A DNA stretch of 64,000 nucleotides. It comes from Candidatus Obscuribacteraceae bacterium (GTDB lineage Bacteria; Cyanobacteriota; Vampirovibrionia; Obscuribacterales; Obscuribacteraceae). The stretch is from positions 125,462 through 189,461 of the forward strand of contig JBGASG010000010.1 in assembly GCA_044229845.1 (NCBI GenBank), read 5' to 3'. The translations under genes were made by a program, and so were the position numbers. Shown here in pieces: positions 37,360 through 47,910 of this stretch. Every line of letters starts with the position of its first letter. Positions within the stretch are counted from its first letter, which is position 1. The notes under the pieces are model-generated. The model was not told where the DNA came from. It did no database searches and worked only from the letters and a program-made list of their open reading frames with translations.

Positions 37360-38109
37360 CTATTGCCCCGCCATTTCGCGGAAGTTCTCTGCGTACATGC
37401 GAACTCCGCTTAGGATGGCGTTAATACCTTCCGTGCCCATCACCGACCCGCGAGCCTCGTTGCTGAGTTGCCCGATGTCCGTATTGCGCAAGACTTGCTG
37501 TATGCACCAGGTGCCATATTCACCGCTATTCTCAGCAAATTTAGCCTCATCTTCGGTGATACCTATGGCGCAAAAAACACCAAAGACGCCGGACGGCAAC
37601 TGGTACAAAGTATCCGGCGCTTCGTCAGCGTACCAGACAACCATGTTGGTAAGCAGCGATGGCAGTGTCACCGAGTGTGGTGACTTCATTTCGAGAATCA
37701 AACCGGGACTGAGCGTGCCTGAATAGCTGAGCAGATACGAGCACAACCGCCGCAATTGCCTGATCGGCCACAAAGATGGCTTGCTGGACTTGATCATCAG
37801 CTCGCAGCCAAATCCAGAAACTTCATCAGGTTTTTCTTGAAACCACGGATTGCTCAATCCGGACGTGACATAAACCCAGTGATCCCGTCCGGGCACAGGC
37901 GGGTGCGCGAGAATCGGAATCACCTGGTCCGCGATGGACTGGGTGATCATCCGGAAGCCGCTGTCTGGCTTGAATTCCGGGTCCGGCACGTCAGGCGGGG
38001 AGTAGTTGCGAGGAATCGGAAGAAACGTCTCGCCCAGTAGATCCGCGTAGATTTTGTTGCGCTCTTTCCAGGCGCTGCGCAGCAGTTTCTTATGGGCGGT
38101 CTTGCTCAA
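37360..38109 (-). CDS. Suppressor-of-fused (SuFu) family protein
   Basis: WVYVTSGLS, GFGCEL, WP, GITEDE motifs; starts 2 nt after the lepA stop. Confidence 0.8.
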   Translation of the reverse strand: MSKTAHKKLLRSAWKERNKIYADLLGETFLPIPRNYSPPDVPDPEFKPDSGFRMITQSIADQVIPILAHPPVPGRDHWVYVTSGLSNPWFQEKPDEVSGFGCELMIKSSKPSLWPIRQLRRLCSYLLSYSGTLSPGLILEMKSPHSVTLPSLLTNMVVWYADEAPDTLYQLPSGVFGVFCAIGITEDEAKFAENSGEYGTWCIQQVLRNTDIGQLSNEARGSVMGTEGINAILSGVRMYAENFREMAGQ

Positions 38110-38111
38110 AG

Positions 38112-39956
38112 CTATTCCTCTTCGAGTTTAAGCAAAGCCATAAATGCTTCCTGAGGGATATCGATCTTGCCGACGGACTTCATCCGTTTCTTACCTTCTT
38201 TTTGCTTCTCCAAAAGTTTGCGCTTACGAGATATGTCGCCGCCGTAGCACTTCGCCAGAACATTCTTGCGCTGCGCCGAAATGGTTTCGCGAGCCACAAT
38301 CTTGCCGCCAATCGCCGCCTGCACCGGCACCTCGAACAGTTGTCGGGGAATCAGCTTCTTGAGTTTCTCAGCCAGCATGCGACCGTACGCCGCCGCGCGT
38401 TCATGGTGAACGATCGCCGAAAGCGCGTCGACCGGCTCGCCGCCGATCAGGATATCCAGCTTGACCAGCCGCGATTCGCGATACTCTTTGAAGTGGTAAT
38501 CGAGACTTGCATATCCGCGAGAACGCGACTTAAGTTGATCGAAAAAGTCGGTGATGATCTCAGCCAGCGGCAATTCGTAATGCAGCATGGCGCGGCGGGG
38601 ATCGAGATATTTCATGTCGATGAAGATGCCGCGTCGGCTCTGAGCGAGATCCATGAGCGGTCCCACATACTCGTTCGGCACCAGTATGCTCGCCTCTACA
38701 TAGGGTTCCTCAATCATCTCTCGATAGTTGGGGTCGGGCAGACGCGCGGGGTTGTCTACCATGAGGATAGACCCATCCGTTTTAGTGACGCGATACACCA
38801 CCGACGGTGCCGTCGTGATCAGGGTGAGTTGGTACTCGCGCTCCAGGCGCTCCTGCACGATTTCCATGTGCAGCAAGCCTAGAAAGCCGCATCTAAAGCC
38901 AAAGCCGAGCGCTTCGGACGTTTCCGGCTCGTAAAAGAGCGAAGCGTCGTTCAACGTCAGTTTCTCAAAAGCTTCGCGCAGGTCACCGTATTGATCGTTG
39001 TCGACCGGGTAAATGCCGGCAAACACCATGGGCTTGGCCGGGCGATAGCCGGGCAAAGCTTCCATTGCCGGTGCGTCGGAGTGCGTGATCGTGTCACCGA
39101 CGAGCGTCGCCACGTCTTTAATGGCCGCGGCTAGATAACCCACTTCTCCGACGCCGATTTCGTCGGTCTTCACCTGCTGCGGGCGCAAAAAGCCCAGTTC
39201 GGTAATTTCGAAGTCTTTGTTGTTCGCCATAAAGCGAATCTTGTCGCCGAACTTGACGCCACCATCGACGACCCGGAAGTAGACGATGATGCCGCGATAG
39301 CTATCGTAGTAACTGTCGAAGATCAGCGCTCGGAACGGTCTGCTGGCAGTGTTTGCCGGGGGAGGCATGTACTGCACAATCGCCTCCAAGACATCTTGTA
39401 TGCCGATACCGTTCTTGGCACTGGTCAGCACCGCATGTGATGCATCGACGAGCAGCACATCCTCAATCTCCTTGCGCATCACTTCCGGCTCAGCGGATGG
39501 CAGGTCAATCTTGTTGATGACGGGGACAATCTCCAGACCGTTATCAATAGCCAGCGTGACATTGGCAAGAGTCTGCGCTTCCACACCCTGGGTGGCGTCG
39601 ACGATCAGAAGCGCGCCTTCGCAGGCTGCCAGGCTGCGCGACACTTCGTAACCAAAATCTACGTGTCCTGGTGTATCGATTAAGTTAAGAACGTATGTTT
39701 TCCCGTCCTTGGCTTTGTACTCCATGCGGGCGGCTTGGGCTTTGATGGTGATGCCGCGTTCGCGCTCGATATCCATCGTATCGAGCACCTGCTCTTGCAT
39801 GTCGCGCTTCGAAATCGTGCCTGTAAACTCCAGCAATCGATCGGCGAGCGTCGACTTGCCATGATCGATGTGCGCGATAATTGAGAAATTCCGGATAAAT
39901 GTCGGGTCTGTCGGCACCGAAAGTTGAACTCGTTTTAACGGAGTAAGCCCGGACAA
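38112..39956 (-). CDS. lepA: Elongation factor 4 (LepA)
   Basis: [57 protein letters not shown]; true start may be about 10 codons downstream. Confidence 0.98.
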   Translation of the reverse strand: MSGLTPLKRVQLSVPTDPTFIRNFSIIAHIDHGKSTLADRLLEFTGTISKRDMQEQVLDTMDIERERGITIKAQAARMEYKAKDGKTYVLNLIDTPGHVDFGYEVSRSLAACEGALLIVDATQGVEAQTLANVTLAIDNGLEIVPVINKIDLPSAEPEVMRKEIEDVLLVDASHAVLTSAKNGIGIQDVLEAIVQYMPPPANTASRPFRALIFDSYYDSYRGIIVYFRVVDGGVKFGDKIRFMANNKDFEITELGFLRPQQVKTDEIGVGEVGYLAAAIKDVATLVGDTITHSDAPAMEALPGYRPAKPMVFAGIYPVDNDQYGDLREAFEKLTLNDASLFYEPETSEALGFGFRCGFLGLLHMEIVQERLEREYQLTLITTAPSVVYRVTKTDGSILMVDNPARLPDPNYREMIEEPYVEASILVPNEYVGPLMDLAQSRRGIFIDMKYLDPRRAMLHYELPLAEIITDFFDQLKSRSRGYASLDYHFKEYRESRLVKLDILIGGEPVDALSAIVHHERAAAYGRMLAEKLKKLIPRQLFEVPVQAAIGGKIVARETISAQRKNVLAKCYGGDISRKRKLLEKQKEGKKRMKSVGKIDIPQEAFMALLKLEEE

Positions 39957-40047
39957 CGCGCCAACGCGTCGCCCCTCGGTATATTATCAGCCCAGACCCG
40001 CACTCTCTGCCATTCAACACAATAGGTTCATTAGGAGTAATAGTCCG

Positions 40048-42021
40048 ATGGCACATCCATTTCTTGAAGCGCTGGAAAAACGCCCACTGCTGGGCGATGG
40101 CGCGATGGGCACGCTGCTCTATGCACGCGGCGCATCGCCGGAGACCAGCTTCGAGAAAATGAATCTGGACCACCAGGATATGGTTCAGCAGGTTCACATT
40201 GATTACATCAATGCCGGTGCCGAGGTAATCCAGACCAATTCGTTTGCCGGCAACCGTTACCGTCTGGCGTCCTACGGACTGGAAAAGGACGTTGTCTGGT
40301 CGTCAAACGTCTGGGCAGCCAAGGTTGCAAGAAACGCCCGAGAAATCGCCGGGATGCCCGTTTTCGTCGCCGGATCCGTCGGTCCGACGGGCAAGTTGCT
40401 GGCGCCCATCGGCGACATCTCTAAGTCTGAGCTGGAAGACGCCTTCAAAGAACAGATGGAAGGTCTCCTGGCAGGGGGCGTCGACCTCTTTGTCCTGGAG
40501 TCGATGGGCAACATCGTTGAGTTGACCACGGCAGTGCGGGCGGCGCGCAAACTCTCCAAATTGCCGGTCGTGGCTCAAATGACGTTCACCACCGAAGGCT
40601 CCTCGGTTTTCGGCACCCATCCCGAAGACTTGCTGAGGCTCTTAGATGAGCTTGGCGACGAGCGTCCCGACGTGCTGGGCATCAACTGCGGAGCCGGTCC
40701 GGGACCAGTTCTTGAAACATTGAAACGCATCGGATCTGCCGTCGCCGGGCGTGGCATGACGCCGGACCAGGTTTATTTGTCAGCCTTACCCAATGCCGGT
40801 TTGCCGGGCCGGGTCGGTCAACGGTTTATGTATGTGGCGCGTCCGGACTACTGCGCGACATTCGTCAAGCCTTACATAGAAGCAGGCGCCCGCTTTATCG
40901 GCGGTTGCTGCGGGACGACGCCCGAGCACATCAAAGCGATGCGCGTCGAACTCGACAAATATCTGCAAGCCAATCAGAAACACCCGACGCCGAAGGAATT
41001 TCCGGTCTCTATACCTGAAATTCAACATATTGCCGACCTGCAACCGACGACCGGCGATGTCAAAGACCCGGTCAAAGAACCGCCTCTCAACCTGGAGTTC
41101 AGCGGACTGTCCTCAAGACTGAAAACCAACGATCCAAAAAACTTCTTCATCAGCGTCGAATTAGATCCGCCGCGCGGAGCTGTTCCACGCAAGCTCTTGC
41201 AGGCAGCAGAGATGGTGCGCGACTCAGGAGCCGACACGATCAATGTCGGCGACAGCCCGATGGCCAAAGTGCGCATGTCATCGATGGCCACCTGCCTTTT
41301 GATTCAACAGAAGGTCGGCATCGAAACCATCATTCACTTCACGACGCGCGACCGCAATTTGATGGGCATGCAGGCTGACTTGCTCGGTTGCCAGGCTCTG
41401 GGCATCCGCAATGTAATCGCGCTCACCGGCGACCCGCCCAGCGTCGGCAACTACGCGCACGCCACGGCAGTCTACGATGTTGATTCGGTCGGTCTGATAA
41501 AGATCATCAATCAGCTCAATCGCGGCGTTGATATCGGGGGTAATACCATTGGGTCGCCCACTTCGCTTTCGATTGCCTGCGCTCTCAATCCGACAGCCGA
41601 AAATCGGGCCATGGAGAAGGAACGCCTGGCGCAGAAAATCGGCGCCGGCGCGCACGTAATCATGACCCAGCCAATCTATCAGCTCAGCGATCTGACGGAT
41701 TTTCTGGATGACTTCGGCAAGGTTGAAATACCGATATTGGTCGGCATCATGCCTCTCAACAGCTTCAAGCACGCCGAATACCTGCACAACGAAGTCCCCG
41801 GCATCACTATCCCCGATGATGTGCGCGAAGCCATGCGCACAGCGGGAGATGAAGGCGCTCGTGTCGGTGTCGAACTTTCAGAGAAACTGATCGAAGAGAT
41901 AAGACACCTGATCGCGGGTATTTATATCGTGCCATCCTTTGGTCGCTACGACGACATCTGCGGGATGGTGAGGCGGTTAAAAGCGGGCGTGCATGCGGCT
42001 CAACCTAAAGCTCTCACATAA
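40048..42021 (+). CDS. Bifunctional homocysteine S-methyltransferase / 5,10-methylenetetrahydrofolate reductase (YitJ-like)
   Basis: DGAMGT, GINC, GGCCGTTPEHI, then VELDPPRG, RDRNL, TGDPP, MTQP. Confidence 0.93.
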   Translation: MAHPFLEALEKRPLLGDGAMGTLLYARGASPETSFEKMNLDHQDMVQQVHIDYINAGAEVIQTNSFAGNRYRLASYGLEKDVVWSSNVWAAKVARNAREIAGMPVFVAGSVGPTGKLLAPIGDISKSELEDAFKEQMEGLLAGGVDLFVLESMGNIVELTTAVRAARKLSKLPVVAQMTFTTEGSSVFGTHPEDLLRLLDELGDERPDVLGINCGAGPGPVLETLKRIGSAVAGRGMTPDQVYLSALPNAGLPGRVGQRFMYVARPDYCATFVKPYIEAGARFIGGCCGTTPEHIKAMRVELDKYLQANQKHPTPKEFPVSIPEIQHIADLQPTTGDVKDPVKEPPLNLEFSGLSSRLKTNDPKNFFISVELDPPRGAVPRKLLQAAEMVRDSGADTINVGDSPMAKVRMSSMATCLLIQQKVGIETIIHFTTRDRNLMGMQADLLGCQALGIRNVIALTGDPPSVGNYAHATAVYDVDSVGLIKIINQLNRGVDIGGNTIGSPTSLSIACALNPTAENRAMEKERLAQKIGAGAHVIMTQPIYQLSDLTDFLDDFGKVEIPILVGIMPLNSFKHAEYLHNEVPGITIPDDVREAMRTAGDEGARVGVELSEKLIEEIRHLIAGIYIVPSFGRYDDICGMVRRLKAGVHAAQPKALT

Positions 42022-43453
42022 AGCCTTTATCCTGATCGGCGTTCCGCTCGCCTTCCAGCTCATTTTTGCATTCACGCTTTTTCTGCTTTTGCGCCAGGCA
42101 GAGCATGAGATATACGTGGAATTCAATCGCCGCGCCATCATCGCGGAATGCAACAGCTTGATGCGCAGTTTTCTGGAATCGGTGCAATACGTGTACGCGG
42201 TGCAGCACTCCGAAGACACCGATGTCTATTTGCGCAAGTACGAAGAAGTAGCAAATCAACAGATACCCATGCAGTTTCGCACGTTAAAACTGCTCGTTCA
42301 GGACAGCCCCGATCAGGTACACATCGTCGAAGATCTCGAAAAGACCTCGGGCAAGATCACAACTCTCTTCGTGAAAGCGCGAGACTTGATCGAAAGCAAA
42401 TCCAAGCCGATTGAGCTGGCTCGCACACGTCAGGATCTGTCGGACAGTGTCAAAGACTTGATCACTACTCTGAAAGCGTTCACACAAGAGCAGGAAGATG
42501 CTGAACGAAAGCGTCCCGACACTCAGATCAAAGTGCGCCACTTGTTGCAACGGTTCATGATGTTTGCCGTCGTATTCAACATTATTTTGGCGATTGCTCT
42601 GGCACGATTCTTCAACGAAGGAACTACAAAACGCCTGGGCGTCTTGATGAACAACACCAACCGCCTGGCTGAGAACAAAGAACTAAATCCACTGCTCGTG
42701 GGCAGCGATGAACTGGCGCATCTGGACAAGACGTTTCACGACATGGCTGATGCCTTGAAGGAAGCGGCGCGGCGAAAACAAGAACTGGTGGCCATGGTAT
42801 CGCACGATCTGCGCACACCTTTGACCTCGGTGCAGGCGTCATTGACACTGCTGGGCGCAGGCGCTCTGGGAGGACTTTCCGAAAAGGCGCAGAAAGAAGT
42901 CAACGTAGCCGAAAACAATACAACCCGCCTGATCAATTTGATTAATGACCTGCTCGACATCGAGAAAATGGAGGCCGGCAAACTGAAGATGTCACCGCAA
43001 ATGACACCACTGATGCCGATCTTAGAACGCGCTTACGAAGGTGCTGATGCCTTCGCCGGGCAGCACGACATCACCGTCGAGATGCCAAATACATCCCTGA
43101 CAGTCTACGCCGATGGCGATCGCATCGTGCAGGTGCTGGTCAATTTGCTCTCCAACGCCATCAAGTTCTCGCCGTCCGATACCTTTGTGAGTGTGACCGT
43201 TGAGCAACAGGATGACTGGGTGGAAGTGCGCATCACCGATCGCGGACGAGGCATACCGCCAACTCACATCACATCTATCTTTCAGCGCTTCCAGCAAGTG
43301 GAGGCAGCCGACGGCCAACGCGCGCGAGGCACCGGGCTCGGGCTGGCAATTTGCAAGGCGATCATCGAAGGACATGGTGGCACAATCGGTGTCGAGAGCC
43401 AGGAAGGACACGGCAGTCAATTCTGGTTCAAGTTGCCGGCCAGCCCAGTTTAG
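41993..43453 (+). CDS. Sensor histidine kinase (2 TM, HAMP, HisKA, HATPase)
   Basis: SHDLRTPL H-box, NLLSNAIKF, DRGRG, GTGLGL. Confidence 0.95.
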   Translation: MRLNLKLSHKAFILIGVPLAFQLIFAFTLFLLLRQAEHEIYVEFNRRAIIAECNSLMRSFLESVQYVYAVQHSEDTDVYLRKYEEVANQQIPMQFRTLKLLVQDSPDQVHIVEDLEKTSGKITTLFVKARDLIESKSKPIELARTRQDLSDSVKDLITTLKAFTQEQEDAERKRPDTQIKVRHLLQRFMMFAVVFNIILAIALARFFNEGTTKRLGVLMNNTNRLAENKELNPLLVGSDELAHLDKTFHDMADALKEAARRKQELVAMVSHDLRTPLTSVQASLTLLGAGALGGLSEKAQKEVNVAENNTTRLINLINDLLDIEKMEAGKLKMSPQMTPLMPILERAYEGADAFAGQHDITVEMPNTSLTVYADGDRIVQVLVNLLSNAIKFSPSDTFVSVTVEQQDDWVEVRITDRGRGIPPTHITSIFQRFQQVEAADGQRARGTGLGLAICKAIIEGHGGTIGVESQEGHGSQFWFKLPASPV

Positions 43454-43463
43454 GTCGAAAGCA

Positions 43464-44141
43464 TCATTTCTCCAGCTTGTAGCCTATGCCATGGACAGTT
43501 TTTATGATCGATGAAGGGGCTTCCGGAGAGATTTTTTTCCGCAGGGTTTTGATGTAGGTATATACCGTGTCGATCGAAGAATCCGACTCCGAATTCCAAA
43601 CTCGATCTAAAAGCGCGTCAGGACTGAATACTTCGCCCGGATGGCGCATGAAAAACTCCAAAAGTGCAAACTCTTTGGGCAGGAGTTGAATCGGCTGCCC
43701 TTCTTTCGTCAGTTCATGGGCCGCAGTGTCGAGCACCAACCCTTTGGCTTCCAGCGTGTTGCCCGGACCGCTGATATTGGCCGGGCGCCTGAGTAACGCA
43801 CGAATGCGAGCGGACAACTCTTTTAGATGAAACGGCTTGGTGATGTAGTCATCGGCACCGGAATCCAGTCCCTGCAGCTTATCGGTTATCGTGTCTTTGC
43901 CGGTCAGCATGATGATGGGAGTGGTACCACCAGCGGAGCGAAACTGCTGGCACACATCGATGCCGGTTATGTGCGGCAGGTCCCAATCGAGAATCACCAG
44001 TTCATACTTGTAGAACTTGAGCCGCTGGGCTGCCTCCTTACCGTCGGCAACAGCTTCTACTTCATGCTGCTCGAAGGAAAGCCACTCCTTGACTCTTCCT
44101 TGCAGATCCAGATCGTCCTCGACAACCAGAATTTTCGCCAT
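43464..44141 (-). CDS. OmpR-family response regulator
   Basis: ILVVEDD, LDWDLP, GADDYITKPF, TVHGIGY; start ATG 44141. Confidence 0.95.
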   Translation of the reverse strand: MAKILVVEDDLDLQGRVKEWLSFEQHEVEAVADGKEAAQRLKFYKYELVILDWDLPHITGIDVCQQFRSAGGTTPIIMLTGKDTITDKLQGLDSGADDYITKPFHLKELSARIRALLRRPANISGPGNTLEAKGLVLDTAAHELTKEGQPIQLLPKEFALLEFFMRHPGEVFSPDALLDRVWNSESDSSIDTVYTYIKTLRKKISPEAPSSIIKTVHGIGYKLEK

Positions 44142-44224
44142 GACCGACTCCGTTATCCCGCCCATGATAGCAAACACGGCGCTCCGTCCTATCAGCCAGC
44201 GGGTATGAAATAGTCAGCCCGACG

Positions 44225-45943
44225 GTGCATTTGATGTCCAGATCTAAGTTTCCAGTATTGCTTTTAGGCACCTTGACTGCGCTTCTGCTGATCACGGCGT
44301 GCGGTTCAATCGATAGCGGAGATCGCTGGGATCGCGGGTATCGCTTGCGCTTCTGGCAAAAATTCAAGCTCGATGGAGAGACCGACTTCGTACGAGGACG
44401 TTACGCCAGCGCTCGCGACCTGTGGCAGGAGGCGGTGCGGCAGGCCGAAGCCATGGGACAAGACAACTTCCGCATCGGCATCTCACTTTATGATGTGGCA
44501 CTGGCGCAAAGTATGTTGCAGCAGCCGCAAGACGCGATCAGCTCGCTGCAGAGAGCACGCAGCATCTTCGAACATCAACTGCAGACGAAACTTTCAGCGT
44601 CGCAAAAAGTAGAGATGACGCACGAACTGGCTAATACATGGGCGCTCTTGGGACAAATGCAAGCAGCTGTCGAAGACAGGGAAGCGGCAGAGAGATCCTT
44701 TGCGCAAGCCAACCAATTATACGGCAGTCTGTCTGACAGATATGATAGCGATCCCGTTTTGCGCCGCGAGCATGCAGAGTCTATGGCCAGTCTGGCCATG
44801 CTCGATCTGTCGATGGACAAACGGCAGGACGCTGAACGCTACTTCCAGGAGGCTATGCCGCTGGCCGAAGCTTCATTTTCATCACCGACCGCGCTGGATA
44901 ACCTCAAGCGCGGTTACGCCAGTTTGATGAAAGTCACCGCCCGCGATGACGAAGCACAAAAAATGGTTCCGGATGATCCACGAATTGCCGAGCTTCTCAA
45001 ACAAGTTGACGAAGCAGCCGACGACAATGACTGGGGCAGGCAAACGCAAGCCGCGCAAGAGGCACTACGCGTCGCGCGCACATCCAACTTTCCGGAGCTC
45101 ACAGAAGCGCAGACGCTGACATCGCTGATCTTGCCTTTTGCCGCCCGCGGGCACTACGGACAGGCTGAAGAATACGCCAACCGCGCCACGCAGTTGCGCA
45201 AGCAGGTGCGCGCGCAACACGACGGGCTGGCTGATCACCTGCAAGCCGTCACGGTGCGCGCTTATATAGAATCGCAGCAGTATGCAAAAGCAATGCCGAT
45301 TTTGCTCGAACAGATTGTCTGGCGCGAGAACAATCTCAGCGATCAGAAATTGCGCGTCACCGAAACGGCAGCCGATCTGGCACAGTGTTATGCGCGCCTG
45401 GGAGAAACTCAAAAAGCCGCTCCGCTTATTCAACGCTGCCTGCAAGCGCTGGAAAAGCGAAAAAACGCCAAAGGCAGGCGCCAGTACGTTCTCGCCAGAG
45501 TGGCGGACGCCTACATAGCAGGGGGCGACTACGCCAGAGCAATGCCGCTTTTGCAAGAGTTGCAGTCGCTGCCGATTGGAAAGCGAGGCGATAAGCAGTT
45601 TCGTCAGGCAGAAAGATTCATGTTGCTCGCCGACTGCGAAAAAGGGCTGAAGCAATACGCTCAGGCAAACGGACACTACCAGCAGGCTTTCAACATATTG
45701 CAATCCGCCAATCGCACCGTAGCCGGTGCCTGCTGCGCCCGCTGGGCAGACTTGAAGCATCGGCAAAACGACGATGCCGGAGCCGATCAACTCTACGCCA
45801 GAGCACTCAAGCTGTTGGACAATAAAGATCAGGACGCACAACAGAAAATCATCGAGCGCATCATTCCAGACTACTGCACCGTCCTGCAGGCGCTGGGAAA
45901 AGATGACCAGTGCGAGCAAATCAAGGCTTCAGCGAGTCGATGA
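44225..45943 (+). CDS. TPR-repeat protein, probable lipoprotein
   Basis: Hydrophobic N-terminus ending in an ITAC lipobox-like motif; TPR-like helices. Confidence 0.8.
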   Translation: MHLMSRSKFPVLLLGTLTALLLITACGSIDSGDRWDRGYRLRFWQKFKLDGETDFVRGRYASARDLWQEAVRQAEAMGQDNFRIGISLYDVALAQSMLQQPQDAISSLQRARSIFEHQLQTKLSASQKVEMTHELANTWALLGQMQAAVEDREAAERSFAQANQLYGSLSDRYDSDPVLRREHAESMASLAMLDLSMDKRQDAERYFQEAMPLAEASFSSPTALDNLKRGYASLMKVTARDDEAQKMVPDDPRIAELLKQVDEAADDNDWGRQTQAAQEALRVARTSNFPELTEAQTLTSLILPFAARGHYGQAEEYANRATQLRKQVRAQHDGLADHLQAVTVRAYIESQQYAKAMPILLEQIVWRENNLSDQKLRVTETAADLAQCYARLGETQKAAPLIQRCLQALEKRKNAKGRRQYVLARVADAYIAGGDYARAMPLLQELQSLPIGKRGDKQFRQAERFMLLADCEKGLKQYAQANGHYQQAFNILQSANRTVAGACCARWADLKHRQNDDAGADQLYARALKLLDNKDQDAQQKIIERIIPDYCTVLQALGKDDQCEQIKASASR

Positions 45944-46715
45944 ACCTGAAAGTCGCATCCTTATGTTTGTCTCTGGCTGCAGGAAACAGCTTATGGCAGG
46001 CACCTTCACACAGCACCAGCTCTTTCCGTCCTTGCGCTGAGGCAAACATCTCTTCAGAGTTCCAGTGAGGCACAGTGAAGTCGGCCGTGCCATGAATGAA
46101 AAGCAGCGGCGGATGCTCCTTCCCGGCCAGCACCGCGCGATTGTCTAGAGCATCGGGCACCAGTGAGGAATGAGCAAGAAACGGAACGTGATGCGAGACG
46201 ACCTTGCGCAACGAACTGAATCCTGATTGCAGGATGACCCCCAGACAGGGGCGGCGATCCATGACCTGACAGGTGACCGCGCCACCAATCGATTGTCCGT
46301 ACAAGATAATCGCTTCAGGCGCGTAGCCCAGCCCATCACGAACATAGTCGTAGGCTGAAAAACCGTCTTCAACAACGGACTCGACATTAGGCATGCCGAC
46401 CGTGTTACCAACGCTGTTGCCGTAGCCCCGATAGTCGTAAGCCAGCACGGAGACATTCTCGCTCTCCAACAGATTTTCGATCAGCCACTTGATGTCATCG
46501 AGATTGCCGGCATTACCATGGTTGATCAGCACTATATACGGTGCTTGCTGACGTTGAAACAGCCAACCTTGCATCAGGGTTCCATCTACGGCTTTGATGT
46601 AGACATCCTTTTTCTGAACGCCCGCCAGCTCGATGACCCCACGAACTTTTCTGCGAGGCCAGAATATGAAGTGCCGGTATATCGTGCTGACTGATCCGTT
46701 CAGTTTGAATGCCAT
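45921..46715 (-). CDS. Alpha/beta hydrolase (ABHD12/13/17-like)
   Basis: HGNAGN, DYRGYG, GQSIG nucleophile, HGTAD, H; likely start ATG 46715. Confidence 0.9.
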   Translation of the reverse strand: MAFKLNGSVSTIYRHFIFWPRRKVRGVIELAGVQKKDVYIKAVDGTLMQGWLFQRQQAPYIVLINHGNAGNLDDIKWLIENLLESENVSVLAYDYRGYGNSVGNTVGMPNVESVVEDGFSAYDYVRDGLGYAPEAIILYGQSIGGAVTCQVMDRRPCLGVILQSGFSSLRKVVSHHVPFLAHSSLVPDALDNRAVLAGKEHPPLLFIHGTADFTVPHWNSEEMFASAQGRKELVLCEGACHKLFPAARDKHKDATFRFIDSLKP

Positions 46716-46722
46716 AGTCCGA

Positions 46723-47910
46723 TTATAGCGATTGTTCGAAGGCCGGATCGAGCTCAACAGCTCGGCGATAGTCCTGCTCGGCTCGCGCAAACTCACCAAT
46801 TTCTTTGAGGGCCAGCGAACGATAGAAATACCCCTGCGCATCATCCGGAGCCAGCTCTATGGCTTTATCCAGGTCCTCGATGGCCCGGTAAAACCGGCGC
46901 TGCTGAACATAGGCTCCGGCGCGCCAGAGCAGAGCTTCGCGGTTGTTCTGGTCATGCTCGAGAACGCGCGTCAAATCGTCGATCGCCTCAGGCATGCGCT
47001 CGCGCATGAAATAAGCGCCCGCTCGCTGCAGATATCCGTCTCCCTCGCCATAATCAGGATCTATATTGAGGCATTCGTTGAAATCTTCGATAGCCTCGCG
47101 ATGACGCCCCATCGCAGCCAGCAACAGACCGCGCGAATAGTAGAGGTCCTCATCCGTCTGCCGCAGCGATATCGCCCGGTCGAAGTCATCGAGCGCCGGC
47201 TCGTTCATCCCCATGTTGGCATACGAGTGGGCTCGAAAAGAATAAGCCATCCAGTAGGTGGGATCGCGCCCGATTGCCACAGTGCACGCGTCGACAGCGG
47301 CCGTGTATTCGCCTCTGTCGATCAGCTTGCGCGCCTCTTCCATGTGCAGATTTGCCTCATGGTGCAGCATGTCGTCGGCTCGCGCAATCAGCACAATCGG
47401 TCCGCGCGGAGTGCGAATCACGATCGGATCGCTCGGATCAAATCCGCAGTAAGCCTCGAAATGATGCGTGCCGGCCAGTGACGAATCCAGGATGCCAGTG
47501 CTGCCGGGGTCGATGGCCATCACTTGCTCTCGTCCCTTGAGCGCCGCGCGCAGTCCTTCCTCCTCGCTGACCGTAGCCATCCATGATTCCTTGCCGCGGG
47601 CCGATACCGCCAGACGATTTAACGTCACTCTCATGCGCACAGGCTGAGAGTTCTTCAAAAGATCCGTGGCCTTGCCGTACACACTGCGAGCGTGTCGCAC
47701 CACGGGCAGAGCCACCACCAGAGCCCCGGCCCAGACGGAAGCCGCATAAATGATTACCGTCCAGACCCGCATAACGTCAAAGACGCAGAACAACGCCGCG
47801 GTAACCAAAAGAGCGACACTAAGGTAAATCGCCGCGGTCCGCAACCGCCGGCGATAGTGCGGGCGAAGTTCACTGTGGACAGAGAATTTCGCCTTCTTCT
47901 CGTTGCTCAT
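46723..47910 (-). CDS. Membrane protein with C-terminal TPR repeats
   Basis: Two N-terminal TMs; repeats such as AIEDFNECLNIDP and AIEDLDKAIELAP; 4-nt overlap with metH. Confidence 0.85.
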   Translation of the reverse strand: MSNEKKAKFSVHSELRPHYRRRLRTAAIYLSVALLVTAALFCVFDVMRVWTVIIYAASVWAGALVVALPVVRHARSVYGKATDLLKNSQPVRMRVTLNRLAVSARGKESWMATVSEEEGLRAALKGREQVMAIDPGSTGILDSSLAGTHHFEAYCGFDPSDPIVIRTPRGPIVLIARADDMLHHEANLHMEEARKLIDRGEYTAAVDACTVAIGRDPTYWMAYSFRAHSYANMGMNEPALDDFDRAISLRQTDEDLYYSRGLLLAAMGRHREAIEDFNECLNIDPDYGEGDGYLQRAGAYFMRERMPEAIDDLTRVLEHDQNNREALLWRAGAYVQQRRFYRAIEDLDKAIELAPDDAQGYFYRSLALKEIGEFARAEQDYRRAVELDPAFEQSL

